From positions 2,720,001 to 2,784,000 of the forward strand of contig OY764265.1 of NCBI GenBank assembly GCA_963668355.1: DNA of 64,000 nucleotides, given 5' to 3'. Positions 20,031-29,765 of this stretch are shown one piece after another. The DNA comes from Bdellovibrionota bacterium. Lineage in GTDB: Bacteria > Bdellovibrionota_G > JALEGL01 > DATDPG01. Position numbers and translations under genes: made by a program. Position 1 is the stretch's first letter. Every line of letters begins with the position of its first letter. The notes under the pieces are model-generated. The model saw only the letters and a list, made by a program, of their open reading frames with translations. It did no database searches and had not been told where the DNA came from.

Positions 20031-23000
20031 CTACCAATCCAAATAAATCCGGATTTCCAGAACGGTTTTGTTTTCCGATGGACGAACGACCTGATCAAAC
20101 ACCGTGTAATAGCCCTGGACATCCCCTTCATCAATTCTGTGGTAGAGCGTTTCTTCAGGCGGGTCCTCCGATTTCTCAAGCCCCAGAAAAATTTCCCTGG
20201 CTCCCTCATAGGTCGGCATCCCATTCTCATCCGTAAATTTTATCTCAGGTCGAAAGGCACCCGATTGTCCCTGAACCCCATGTCTCAATCGTTGAGGACG
20301 AAGATCCCATGGAAGCTCGGGAAGAAGCATATCCGCCAACCCATGGACTTGTCCGCCTACTTCAAAGTGTGCAATCAAGGCCCATTGATTTGGATTCTGA
20401 GATTTCTCACTGGGCACAAACTCAAAGGTTACCTCTGAATTGCTTTGACCGTACGTCTCTTCCACTCTTCGAAAAGCATTTCGAAGGATCCAAACGTACT
20501 CCCTCAAATCTTCGGTAATTAGGGCATTCGGATCGGTCAGCATGGCTTTGCTTAAATCCACATGCGGAACCACATATTCTAAACGAGAACCGATGCCCTC
20601 CTGTTCCATGATGGAAAATGTGCGAAGAAGCTCCTTGTGGGCTCCACGCGAAGGAATTTCTATGGACGTCTCTTGATCAAACATCTCCAAGGCGTCTAAG
20701 ATTTTTTCAAATTGCCTCAGAAATGATTGAACACTCCGAGAGGTTGAACCTTTGACCTGGCCCGAAAACAGAATGTCTCTTGAAGGCTCAACAATGTCTT
20801 TTCGAAATCTAGGGATCTCCCCAACCAAGGTTTGAATTTGCCATAGAAAACGTTCCCAATCGCCTTGTTCCAAGGCCCGTTCAACACGCGCAAAATTAAT
20901 GGCAAAATCAAATTCAAATAAAGAACCAACCGAGGGACCCTTTCCACCTTCCGCTTCATCCAACACTTCCAGAAGGCTCTCAATGCTAGCCACATTTGCT
21001 CTTATGGCGTCATACGTTTGACGACCAATGGAAAAATCACGTTCAGAAATCCCATGAATCGCGAGTTTGATTTCTTCTTGTCCCTTTAAGTAACGAGGTT
21101 TTTCAAACAGGAGCCCCGCCTCCGAACCCACGGAAACCGTAAATTTCCTTGGTTGATCTTGCCGCCCCGCCTCTAAAAGCCTCGTCCGAGGATCAAATTG
21201 AATGGGATCGCCTTTCAAAATCAAACTCCTGGAACGCTCCAAATCATGTGAAATGGAGGTTCCCCGCAAGGGGACTTCCACATGATAAATTTTGGATCGG
21301 ACAAACCCATTCGCAACCAATTCATCGATCAACAATTGAACATCCCTCTCAACCGCTTCAAAGCCCAAATCCATCGCACCTTGAAAATAGGAACGGCCCT
21401 GACCGATATTCGTGACAATCACCACTTCATATTCCGATAGCGCTTCATCTGTATTCTCTCTTAAGGCTTGAGAGAGTTTCTTTGCCGTTTCAACACGTTC
21501 CGAATGTGTATTTCCGGGATCTTCCACCGTCCGGTAGGCAAGTTGAAATGTTGGGGTCAAATGAGCGAGAAGTTTGTAGTTGGGACCCATGGCAAAAAAC
21601 CCGGCACAGTTTTGCAAATTCAATGTATGGATCGGTTGATCCACCGGAACCACCACGCCCGTCCCATCTTTCACACGAACCGATCCGGGGAATCTCCGCT
21701 CAAGCATCCCAATTTCGTCTAAAGAATCGACATCGCTTTCGCCCTCAAGTTCTGAAATTTTTCTGAGCGAAAAACCTGTATCTCGTTCAAATTCGGCCAA
21801 GCTTTTCATGGTGGAGTGATCCACTTGAAACACTCGAACCCCTCTCGCTTGCGTAATCTTTCGAGGGGAAATATCCGTTTCCCATCCGATGGGAATGTCC
21901 AACTCCTCTAGTTCGGTTTTGGGAACGGCGACGACACAATCCAATTCCCCTCCTTTGTATATTCTTTCTGCCGCGCGACTTTGAATGAACGGACGGGCGG
22001 AATACCCCCCATATCCAAGGGCGGTCATGACTTTTTCGGTCGAACCATCCGCAAAGTAAGAAGTGCCTCGATTTTGAAGGACGCGATAGGTTCCATCCTC
22101 TTGGCGCTTCAACGTCAACACCCCCAAATGAGTGTGGGACATGACATAGTCGCTCTCAATCCTTCCTTCCGGGGTCACACGGAAAAGACCCGCCTCAAAA
22201 AGATCCTCTACGGAAGTCATCGTGGGGAGAGATTCGGCGTAATTGCGCATCAATCGATAATGTTGGGCTTCATTATGGGGCTGCCGAAAATCTGAACCCA
22301 GCAAAGAGCGCATTCTGCTTTCAGCCACAAGATCATCTCTTTGAAGACCTTCTACATCACCTCCAAACACGTTCTTTGCGGCCCTCCAAAAACCTACCTG
22401 ACGAACATCTCGCCGGACTCGACTCCAGAAGTCCGGACTCTCGGAAGGAAGGGGTTCATCCACAAACCGACTATCAACCGTCTCTTCCAACGACATCAAC
22501 CGTTCCCGCGGATACTCGGGAATCTGAAGTGAGAAATCTTCTTTTTCTTCGGGAGAGATGGAAACTGAATATGACCGGGACCGAACTGCACGATCCCTCA
22601 CGCGGCTTCCATCGTTCAAGAAAAAGGCGGGTCTTCCCTCGATTTGAATTTCGTCTGGTTTTTTCGGGTCATGATGAACATCGGAAAGCACAAAAGGCAT
22701 TTCCACAATTTTGATTCGCTCTCTGGAAAATCCCTGATCCACAAGATGTTGCGCCACACGCATCCAATCCTCTCGTGTGGCCCGATATCCAAAATCGACT
22801 TTCCCGTGGATGATGGACCTTGCATGACCGACATTTCCTAAAATGACGACGTCCATCTGGCTAAAATCTTCTTCCGTATGTTCTCGAAGGCCTCCAACCA
22901 GTCGTCCAACCGTATCTCTCGCCCCAGATAGTTTGTGAATTCCAACCGTCGAGCGATAGGGCAAACTCATTGTGGGTGTCATATGAACAAGCCCTTTGTA

Positions 23001-25220
23001 TTGGCGACCCCGGACAAACAAAGCTGAACACGTTTCAATGCCTCGGGTCAACATGGGTTGGCCGAGAGGAACGATAGCCCCTCGTCCCAGGAGAACTTCC
23101 TGGGTTTGAGCGGTAACCGACGGAGTGAATTTGATTCGGGATTCGTTCCATGGATCGGTCCTTCCAATTCCGCTGGACATTCCCTCGGAAGTTGAAGCTC
23201 CTTGAGAGAAAAAGCCCCTTTCGGGAGGTTCTCCGTCAAAGCCGTTAGAACCTCCATCCCCCAGTGTTGCATACGCTTCTAGATGGGACGTTGGATCATC
23301 CGTTCCCGTGGCCAAAAAAACCTGTTTTGGCGTCCTCAGTTGAACTTGGGGTTTGGGGAAGGGAATGATGTTGGAGGTGGTCTCCGAGGAGGGAGAAGTC
23401 TTTCCCAAACTTTCAGAGTATGTCACACCAAATAAGGCCGTATTCACCAAACTGGAAGCCAAGCGAAGTCCAAGAATCCTCACACACACCCGAGACCATT
23501 CGTCCCAAAACCGTCCGTCTTGGGGTTGACCATTCAAAGCGCGCATCCATCTTCGAATGCTCGTGGATGTTAAGCCCAAGGTGGATATTTCAAAAATGTA
23601 CGCTGGAGCGCGCTGAGCCAAGTGAATTGCCCCTGCCTTCCAACCCGACTGAAAAACCTTTCCAAGGGGAGAACCTTCGGGAAGAAGATGCGGAGGAATC
23701 TTGGCTCCTTGAGCCAGTCTTCTCAGGGCGAGTGTGCCCCCACGCATCGTTCCGGTGATGAGTGACCACTCTAAAACGCCGCGCCAATACCCCTGCCACA
23801 GACTGCGACCCTGGAGAGGGCTGGCCAAGCGAAGAAACGCTTCCAGAGTGCTGTTCATGGCAATGAAGCCCCCTGCATTGGCCAAACCCGAAACCAACCA
23901 CGGAGCCAATTGAATCAAAAGATGTCGTTGGCTGCCTCGGGATAAAGCTCTTAACAAAAGCGTTCGAAGACCGATGGAAACCCCTTTGCCCACAAAATAG
24001 CTCGCCACCCCCGCGGCCACGAGAACCAATGCATCATCCAAATATTCTTTTGGATTCAGGCGATCTCGTGTGACGTCTGAAAGATTGAACCGATCACCGC
24101 GAGGATCCACCATATCGATCATTTCATGGAAGGCCTTGAGCTTGTGATCGCCGTGAACCTCTTCTGAAGAACGCAACAAGTCTTCGTACATTTCTTGATA
24201 GGCCAAATTGAAAAGACGTTGCTGAAAGATTTTAGACACGCCTTCTTGGACCGCTTGATCTCTCATTTCACGTACGATCCGTTCAATTTCACCTTCATTC
24301 ACACCTTCTTCAAAACCGAATTGAGCCCGAAGTCTTTCCTCCACTTTTTCCGAATTTTGATCGAGGGCATCAAACAGCTTGTCTTCAAGATGTTCGCGTT
24401 CCATTTCCCTTCGAATTTGATCTCGGGTTTCAGGAGGAATGTTTCTGGCGTGAGCATGAAGTTCTTCGGCCAATAGCGACTCGTAAACGTCACGTGCGCC
24501 TTCATAGTCCTTGTGCTTTCGAAGGGTTTGTCCCACGGCCAGCCAAAACCGGGGCATGTCTTCGAGGGCGAGAACCTCCTCGACATTTTCTAAGGTGGGC
24601 TTCCAAGGACGAAAAGCTTTAAAACCTTCTCTCCAAAAAGACTGTTTTGGCCAAAGGACCTCTTTGAGTTCTTTGCTAGTCGTTTGTTTGTAAAATTCGA
24701 GTGAATGCCGAAGATCACGGAGGCTTTCCAAAGAGCAATGAGACAAGGGGGGAACGTCCTCGTTTAAAATCCTTTCAAACGCCTCACGAATGCTTGAGGC
24801 CTCTCCCTTGGAAATGGTTTGTGCCAAGGACCCCCGAACACATGATCGCTCTTCGAACTTTCGAAAAGCTCTTCCCGCAAAAAGACCGATGGTTCGATTT
24901 AAGGCCGAGCGATCCAAGCGCTCAAAGGCATCCAAAATTTCCAACGCTTTCCGGGATGATTCGGTTTGTTGAAAAATTTTCTTGAATCCGAGCGCCGCAC
25001 TTGCACGAAGAACAAAGTCCCGTTTTTCCTCTAACGAAAGGAATTCCCGAAGATCCAAATGCGTCCCGGTCCAGATAACGGGGTAGAGGTTTTCAGCCTG
25101 CTTTGGAGTCAATTCTGGAATGAGAGAAGGCTGAGAAGTCCCCCAAGAGGGCACAGGCAATGCGAGACAAAAGACGACGACCCAGAGCCACCGGGTCACT
25201 CCATTTCCCGCATTTTTCAT
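20031..25220 (-). CDS. 1729-aa exported multidomain protein with two CheD/CNF1-like Cys-His deamidase-type repeats (putative effector/toxin)
   Basis: Signal peptide, helical N-region, hydrophobic segment, and an internal duplication carrying C-x14-H (C731/H746, C1205/H1220). Confidence 0.7.
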   Translation of the reverse strand: MKNAGNGVTRWLWVVVFCLALPVPSWGTSQPSLIPELTPKQAENLYPVIWTGTHLDLREFLSLEEKRDFVLRASAALGFKKIFQQTESSRKALEILDAFERLDRSALNRTIGLFAGRAFRKFEERSCVRGSLAQTISKGEASSIREAFERILNEDVPPLSHCSLESLRDLRHSLEFYKQTTSKELKEVLWPKQSFWREGFKAFRPWKPTLENVEEVLALEDMPRFWLAVGQTLRKHKDYEGARDVYESLLAEELHAHARNIPPETRDQIRREMEREHLEDKLFDALDQNSEKVEERLRAQFGFEEGVNEGEIERIVREMRDQAVQEGVSKIFQQRLFNLAYQEMYEDLLRSSEEVHGDHKLKAFHEMIDMVDPRGDRFNLSDVTRDRLNPKEYLDDALVLVAAGVASYFVGKGVSIGLRTLLLRALSRGSQRHLLIQLAPWLVSGLANAGGFIAMNSTLEAFLRLASPLQGRSLWQGYWRGVLEWSLITGTMRGGTLALRRLAQGAKIPPHLLPEGSPLGKVFQSGWKAGAIHLAQRAPAYIFEISTLGLTSTSIRRWMRALNGQPQDGRFWDEWSRVCVRILGLRLASSLVNTALFGVTYSESLGKTSPSSETTSNIIPFPKPQVQLRTPKQVFLATGTDDPTSHLEAYATLGDGGSNGFDGEPPERGFFSQGASTSEGMSSGIGRTDPWNESRIKFTPSVTAQTQEVLLGRGAIVPLGQPMLTRGIETCSALFVRGRQYKGLVHMTPTMSLPYRSTVGIHKLSGARDTVGRLVGGLREHTEEDFSQMDVVILGNVGHARSIIHGKVDFGYRATREDWMRVAQHLVDQGFSRERIKIVEMPFVLSDVHHDPKKPDEIQIEGRPAFFLNDGSRVRDRAVRSRSYSVSISPEEKEDFSLQIPEYPRERLMSLEETVDSRFVDEPLPSESPDFWSRVRRDVRQVGFWRAAKNVFGGDVEGLQRDDLVAESRMRSLLGSDFRQPHNEAQHYRLMRNYAESLPTMTSVEDLFEAGLFRVTPEGRIESDYVMSHTHLGVLTLKRQEDGTYRVLQNRGTSYFADGSTEKVMTALGYGGYSARPFIQSRAAERIYKGGELDCVVAVPKTELEELDIPIGWETDISPRKITQARGVRVFQVDHSTMKSLAEFERDTGFSLRKISELEGESDVDSLDEIGMLERRFPGSVRVKDGTGVVVPVDQPIHTLNLQNCAGFFAMGPNYKLLAHLTPTFQLAYRTVEDPGNTHSERVETAKKLSQALRENTDEALSEYEVVIVTNIGQGRSYFQGAMDLGFEAVERDVQLLIDELVANGFVRSKIYHVEVPLRGTSISHDLERSRSLILKGDPIQFDPRTRLLEAGRQDQPRKFTVSVGSEAGLLFEKPRYLKGQEEIKLAIHGISERDFSIGRQTYDAIRANVASIESLLEVLDEAEGGKGPSVGSLFEFDFAINFARVERALEQGDWERFLWQIQTLVGEIPRFRKDIVEPSRDILFSGQVKGSTSRSVQSFLRQFEKILDALEMFDQETSIEIPSRGAHKELLRTFSIMEQEGIGSRLEYVVPHVDLSKAMLTDPNALITEDLREYVWILRNAFRRVEETYGQSNSEVTFEFVPSEKSQNPNQWALIAHFEVGGQVHGLADMLLPELPWDLRPQRLRHGVQGQSGAFRPEIKFTDENGMPTYEGAREIFLGLEKSEDPPEETLYHRIDEGDVQGYYTVFDQVVRPSENKTVLEIRIYLDW

Positions 25221-25235
25221 CGTTGACCTTACTCA

Positions 25236-25250
25236 GCAAACCCCATGCCC
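25236..25250 (-). promoter_or_regulatory. sigma54 -24/-12 promoter (GGGCAT-ggggt-TTGC) of the 1729-aa gene
   Basis: GG-N10-GC 15 nt upstream of the ATG; IHF-like TAACAATAAGTTA at 25274-25286 (minus strand). Confidence 0.65.
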
Positions 25251-25358
25251 AAAAACGAGGAAAAGACCTTTTTTAACTTATTGTTATTATTTGTGTTTTT
25301 CCAGCAACCCTCAAAAGAGGAAACGAAACGAGACACGACTTCCCCAACCGAAAAGGAA

Positions 25359-25976
25359 TCAATCCAATTCTTCGATCGAGCCGATGATACGATCCAAGAG
25401 CTTGACGGTTTGTCCCACAAAGAAATGATCCGCCCCCTCAAAGATCTCCACCCCTTCTTGGGCCCTTAACTTGCTTGCCCAGGATTCAAGCAAGTTAAGG
25501 GGAACCAGCTCATCCTCCGCAGCAGCAAAAATACGTTTGGGAAAAGGCGTTTCTTGGAGATTTGGAAATGTGGCGTGTTTGAGCGGAGGGGCAATTAAAA
25601 ACAGGCCCCCAAGATCAGCTTGCGAGATGGATGCTCGAGAAGAAACCCATGCCCCAAAGGAATAACCGCAAAGAATAGTACGAGACATTGGCCAATCTTT
25701 CTCCGTTCGAAGCCAATCCAACAAGGCCAGGAGATCCTTCGTCTCTCCCTCTCCTTGATCATGTAAGCCCGTAGAGGATCCCACGCCTCGAAAATTAAAA
25801 CGCACACTACCCCATCCACGGGACTTCGCCCGCCGATGAAGTTGCAAAATGACCTTATTGTCCATGTCTCCCCCCATCAGCGGATGGGGATGAGCCAAAA
25901 CCAAGTTTCGACGAGTAACGTCAACTGGCTGAGCAAGATCGACCTCAAGATCGACCTCACCAAGGTGAATCAACAC
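25359..25976 (-). CDS. alpha/beta hydrolase
   Basis: HPHPLMGGDMDNKV, RFNFRGVG.S, GYSFGA nucleophile motif, ADHFF. Confidence 0.92.
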   Translation of the reverse strand: MLIHLGEVDLEVDLAQPVDVTRRNLVLAHPHPLMGGDMDNKVILQLHRRAKSRGWGSVRFNFRGVGSSTGLHDQGEGETKDLLALLDWLRTEKDWPMSRTILCGYSFGAWVSSRASISQADLGGLFLIAPPLKHATFPNLQETPFPKRIFAAAEDELVPLNLLESWASKLRAQEGVEIFEGADHFFVGQTVKLLDRIIGSIEELD

Positions 25977-25978
25977 GT

Positions 25979-26083
25979 TTATTTTTTAGCCGCTTCTTTT
26001 TTGCGTTTGATCCGCGCTTTTTTCTTTCGTTGCGCATTTCTTTGCTTTGTTTTCGGCGTCAATCGATTGTCTTTTTTTCCCAT
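25979..26083 (-). CDS. 34-aa highly basic peptide (MGKKDNRLTPKTKQRNAQRKKKARIKRKKEAAKK)
   Basis: GGAG RBS, stop 2 nt before the hydrolase GTG, and an upstream TTGAAA-N17-TAGATT promoter. Confidence 0.7.
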   Translation of the reverse strand: MGKKDNRLTPKTKQRNAQRKKKARIKRKKEAAKK

Positions 26084-26223
26084 TACTTCTCCAATGTAGT
26101 GGCCTGCGCACTTCGAAAGATATCCGTTTTCCTTGAAATGCGAGGACCTCTTTAAACCATTTTTATCACCTCGTCACGGGTCGCCCCCGAGACAAAGCCC
26201 TCAAAAGGCCTTAACGGCGCGGG

Positions 26224-26252
26224 AATCTAACCCCATTTTTATGGAATTTCAA
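26224..26252 (-). promoter_or_regulatory. sigma70-like promoter for the basic peptide/hydrolase operon
   Basis: TTGAAA-N17-TAGATT. Confidence 0.6.
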
Positions 26253-26271
26253 CGGGTTACCTTATTTTTCA

Positions 26272-26300
26272 TTGAATAAAAAGAAGATCTGGGGTTTAAT
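26272..26300 (+). promoter_or_regulatory. sigma70-like promoter for acyP-rng
   Basis: TTGAAT-N17-TTTAAT. Confidence 0.55.
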
Positions 26301-26370
26301 TCGTCCGATTTAAGGATTTATTTTCCTCGCCCGCCTCGCGTGGATGAGGAAAACACGGCCCAATGGGCAT

Positions 26371-26646
26371 ATGGCAAAACGAGTACAAGCAACGATCATT
26401 GGAAGAGTGCAAGGTGTCTTTTTTAGAGTCACCACTCAAAAACAAGCCACGACATTGGGTCTTAAGGGATTTGTAAGAAATTTAACGGATGGTTCGGTTT
26501 CGTTGGAAGCCGAAGGAGAGGAAGAGTTGTTAAATCAGCTTCTCCGTTGGTGCCACGAAGGACCTTCCGGCGCTCGGGTTGACGAGGTAAAGGTGAACTG
26601 GATTACGCCACTAAATCAAGAAAGCGAATTTAGCATCAAAACCTAG
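26371..26646 (+). CDS. acyP: acylphosphatase
   Basis: GRVQGVFFR, GFVRNL.DGSV, GPSGARV. Confidence 0.93.
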   Translation: MAKRVQATIIGRVQGVFFRVTTQKQATTLGLKGFVRNLTDGSVSLEAEGEEELLNQLLRWCHEGPSGARVDEVKVNWITPLNQESEFSIKT

Positions 26647-26693
26647 GCCAATCTCCGTGCGTTTCGCCCTGGGAAGTATGAGGTGAGTACGGG

Positions 26694-28250
26694 ATGTCTT
26701 CAAAATTAGTTATCAATTCAAGTCCGCACGAGGTCCGAGTGGCCCTTATGGAGGGGGATCAACTTGCGGAACTCTATCTAGAACGTGGAAACGAACAGCA
26801 CTTTGTCGGAAACATCTACAAAGGAAAAGTCGTTCGGGTTTTGCCCGGAATGCAGGCTGCCTTCGTGGATGTGGGGCTAGAAAGAGCCGCTTTTTTGTAC
26901 GTGACCGATTTCTTCGATGAATATCAGGATGCGTTCAGTCAAAAAGAGGTGCAGGAAGCCAAGAGAAGGAAGCGCGGAAGAGGAAGACCCAAGATTCAAG
27001 ATCTCCTCAAAGAGGGCCAAGATGTCTTGGTTCAAATTGCCAAGGATCCAATGGGGACCAAGGGGGCACGCCTCACCTCATACGTTTCACTGCCCGGAAG
27101 ACATTTGGTCTATATGCCCACGGTCGACCATATCGGGGTCTCCAGAAAGATCGAAAAAGAGGCTGAACGTCGGCGCTTGCGAAAATTCGTTGAAGAAACT
27201 CAAACGGAAAGTGGCGGATTCATTGTTCGAACAGCTGCAGCAGGTCAATCCGACGAAAAATTAAAAGCGGACATTCAATATTTGGAACGTCTTTGGAAGA
27301 AAATTTTGGGGCGAAGACAGGGAATGAAACCCCCAGCTCTTCTTCACAACGATCTAAACCTGGTCCAACGAACCGTTCGAGATATGTTCACAGACGATGT
27401 AGAACAACTCATTGTTGATAACGGTCGAACGTATCGTGAGATCAAACAATTCATGGGTCAATTCCTTCCCAAGGGAAAATACAATGTCGAACTTTATAAA
27501 GGGAAAAAGCCCCTTTACGACCACCACGGAATTGAACCCCAAATTGCAAGAGCCTTGGCCCATAAAGTATGGCTTAAATCGGGCGGCTACTTGGTCATTG
27601 ATCAAACGGAAGCCCTAACCTCGATCGATGTAAACACGGGTCGGTTTGTGGGATCCAAAAATTTGGAAGAAACCATTCTTCAAACCAATATGGAGGCCGC
27701 CAAAGAAATTGTGGCTCAACTCCGCCTTCGAAACATCGGAGGATTAATCATTTTGGACTTCATCGACATGGAAAAGAAGTCCCATCGAAGCAAAGTCTAT
27801 CGTCATCTCGAAGGAATTTTGGCCAACGATAAGGCCAAAACCAATGTGCTTCAAATCTCAGAGTTGGGGCTTGTTGAAATGACCCGAAAGCGAACACGAG
27901 AAAGTCTTGTGAGCTTATTGGGTGAAACCTGCGCGCATTGTGAAGGAAAAGGCTATCATCAATCCCGAAGAACGGTGACAAACAACATCCTGAGAAGATT
28001 GCGACACGAAGTTTTGGGTAAAAAATCCCACAAAAATATCGAAGTTGCCGTTCATACTAACGTGGCCGACATCCTCAAAACGGAAGAGTATGAAGCGTTG
28101 GTTGATTTGGAAAATCGTTCAGGCAGACGAATTGTCGTCCGAGCACAAGCGAATTTTCACCCTGAAAACTTTCAAATCAAGCTCACGGGGCACGCCTTGG
28201 CCGCGACCACAGTCACACCCTTAGGGCAAACTGGTAGCGAAGACGAATAA
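26694..28250 (+). CDS. rng: Rne/Rng family ribonuclease (RNase G-like)
   Basis: GNIYKGKVVRVLPGMQAAFVD, IDVNTG, LRLRNIGGLIILDFIDM, CAHCEG. Confidence 0.93.
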   Translation: MSSKLVINSSPHEVRVALMEGDQLAELYLERGNEQHFVGNIYKGKVVRVLPGMQAAFVDVGLERAAFLYVTDFFDEYQDAFSQKEVQEAKRRKRGRGRPKIQDLLKEGQDVLVQIAKDPMGTKGARLTSYVSLPGRHLVYMPTVDHIGVSRKIEKEAERRRLRKFVEETQTESGGFIVRTAAAGQSDEKLKADIQYLERLWKKILGRRQGMKPPALLHNDLNLVQRTVRDMFTDDVEQLIVDNGRTYREIKQFMGQFLPKGKYNVELYKGKKPLYDHHGIEPQIARALAHKVWLKSGGYLVIDQTEALTSIDVNTGRFVGSKNLEETILQTNMEAAKEIVAQLRLRNIGGLIILDFIDMEKKSHRSKVYRHLEGILANDKAKTNVLQISELGLVEMTRKRTRESLVSLLGETCAHCEGKGYHQSRRTVTNNILRRLRHEVLGKKSHKNIEVAVHTNVADILKTEEYEALVDLENRSGRRIVVRAQANFHPENFQIKLTGHALAATTVTPLGQTGSEDE

Positions 28251-28265
28251 AAACCGTTTCTTCTT

Positions 28266-28775
28266 TTATTGGCAATAAGACGTCGAAGCTTCGCAGTCAG
28301 ACCAGTCGAGAGAGTCTGCGCAAATGGGTGCATTCGACTCACTATTAGATCCAAAACAAATGGTTCCGTTATTCAAATTACCCAAGGAAACATTGAAGGG
28401 ACAATCAATCACACCGATATGCGTCGGAACACTCGTAACGGTATCCAAGGCAATCATCCGCACTCGGTAATAGGTATAAGGTAACAACTGGCTGGTTCCC
28501 ATCTGATAGGTGTCTTGAATGGGAGAATACCCCACCCCCGAGCTATCCGGATCCTCAAAAACCTCCTGATTGGCGTCTACGTCATCAATATTGCTTGGAG
28601 GACATTCCAACGGAGCGAACTCAAAATAGACCCCTCTAGTCCCCACGGAAAGAATTGGATTTACGGACTGATTGACAGCCACGTCGATATCAATCCGCAA
28701 AGATTCCTCGCCTCCACATCCCCAGAAAAGGAATGCAATGACAAAATATCCTGTGAAGGTCCATTTCCTCATCAT
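28266..28775 (-). CDS. Cys-rich hypothetical lipoprotein
   Basis: FWGC lipobox; third of three translationally coupled genes. Confidence 0.7.
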   Translation of the reverse strand: MMRKWTFTGYFVIAFLFWGCGGEESLRIDIDVAVNQSVNPILSVGTRGVYFEFAPLECPPSNIDDVDANQEVFEDPDSSGVGYSPIQDTYQMGTSQLLPYTYYRVRMIALDTVTSVPTHIGVIDCPFNVSLGNLNNGTICFGSNSESNAPICADSLDWSDCEASTSYCQ

Positions 28776-29197
28776 TCGGCCGTCGCATTCACAATGATCG
28801 AAACGCTCTGTGGCGATCCATCATTCACTAAAGTGTACGATCCTGAATAAAGTGAAGCCCCGGATGAGTCCCTTAAATGGGCTTCCAAACTGTACGTATA
28901 CCCCAAGGGGAGATTCCCCAAGGCAAACGTTCCCGTCGAAGAAACTGTGACACCGCATCCGGCAGAAAAAGAAGTCGTACAAGTACTTGGGTACGCAAAG
29001 GAGTCCGCCACACCGTCCCCGTTTAGATCCAAGATTCCTGAAGCACTCGCCTGACTCTCTGCAACCAAAATCAAATCAACGGCACGCGGATCAGCAAAAG
29101 CCGACGAGTTACTGAACGAAATCACAATTTCAGGCCCTGACTTTTCCCCACAACCGAAGAACGCGAGAACAACCAACAATAAAAGCGTCTTCTTCAT
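28772..29197 (-). CDS. hypothetical lipoprotein
   Basis: MKKTLLLLVVLAFFGC; DLNGDG Ca-binding-like motif. Confidence 0.75.
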   Translation of the reverse strand: MKKTLLLLVVLAFFGCGEKSGPEIVISFSNSSAFADPRAVDLILVAESQASASGILDLNGDGVADSFAYPSTCTTSFSAGCGVTVSSTGTFALGNLPLGYTYSLEAHLRDSSGASLYSGSYTLVNDGSPQSVSIIVNATAE

Positions 29198-29198
29198 T

Positions 29199-29708
29199 TC
29201 AGGGGCAACTCGGAATGAGGTTGATGTTACAAGCGGATAAGTCCGTATCACTCAACGTGATCGTCACAGATTCCCCGGCTCGATTTAAGATATTTGAGTC
29301 GCTCCCGGACACCAGCAAATTATGATTTTCATCCAGCCCACAGGCAACCACTTCTACGACTTCACCTTCCGGAAAATGGGCCTCTCCATTGGAATCGAAG
29401 AACGGAATGGCGGGCCGAAATTCTGCATTTGAAACGGAAAAACCACAGGGAGCGGCAGCCAAACAGTTTTGAGAAGAACCTTCGACCGTTCCGACACAAG
29501 CACCTGGAAACAATTCAATGCGTGTGGCACTCGAACCGGGAGGGTAATTGACGATAAAAACAAATTCGGAAACGGCATCCTGACTGGCTTGCGCAACACC
29601 AGAGCCATCTAGAACGAGGTCAATTTCGCCAGGATCATCTGAACAATGGGTAAATGAAAATGCAGCAACCAGAAGAATGAGAAAAAAAGCCATATTTCGC
29701 GGGTTCAC
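29199..29708 (-). CDS. Cys-rich hypothetical lipoprotein
   Basis: Signal peptide ending FTHC; TACACT 6 nt upstream of the GTG. Confidence 0.7.
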   Translation of the reverse strand: MNPRNMAFFLILLVAAFSFTHCSDDPGEIDLVLDGSGVAQASQDAVSEFVFIVNYPPGSSATRIELFPGACVGTVEGSSQNCLAAAPCGFSVSNAEFRPAIPFFDSNGEAHFPEGEVVEVVACGLDENHNLLVSGSDSNILNRAGESVTITLSDTDLSACNINLIPSCP

Positions 29709-29765
29709 CCCTATAGTGTATCCGAAACCCTTGCGTTACCTCAAGGACCAGCCACAATAGAATGA

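Noticed and set aside
25935..25958. 12-bp perfect tandem repeat (AAGATCGACCTC x2)
   Set aside because: An in-frame EVDL-EVDL duplication at the hydrolase N-terminus; two copies only, no sign of phase variation.
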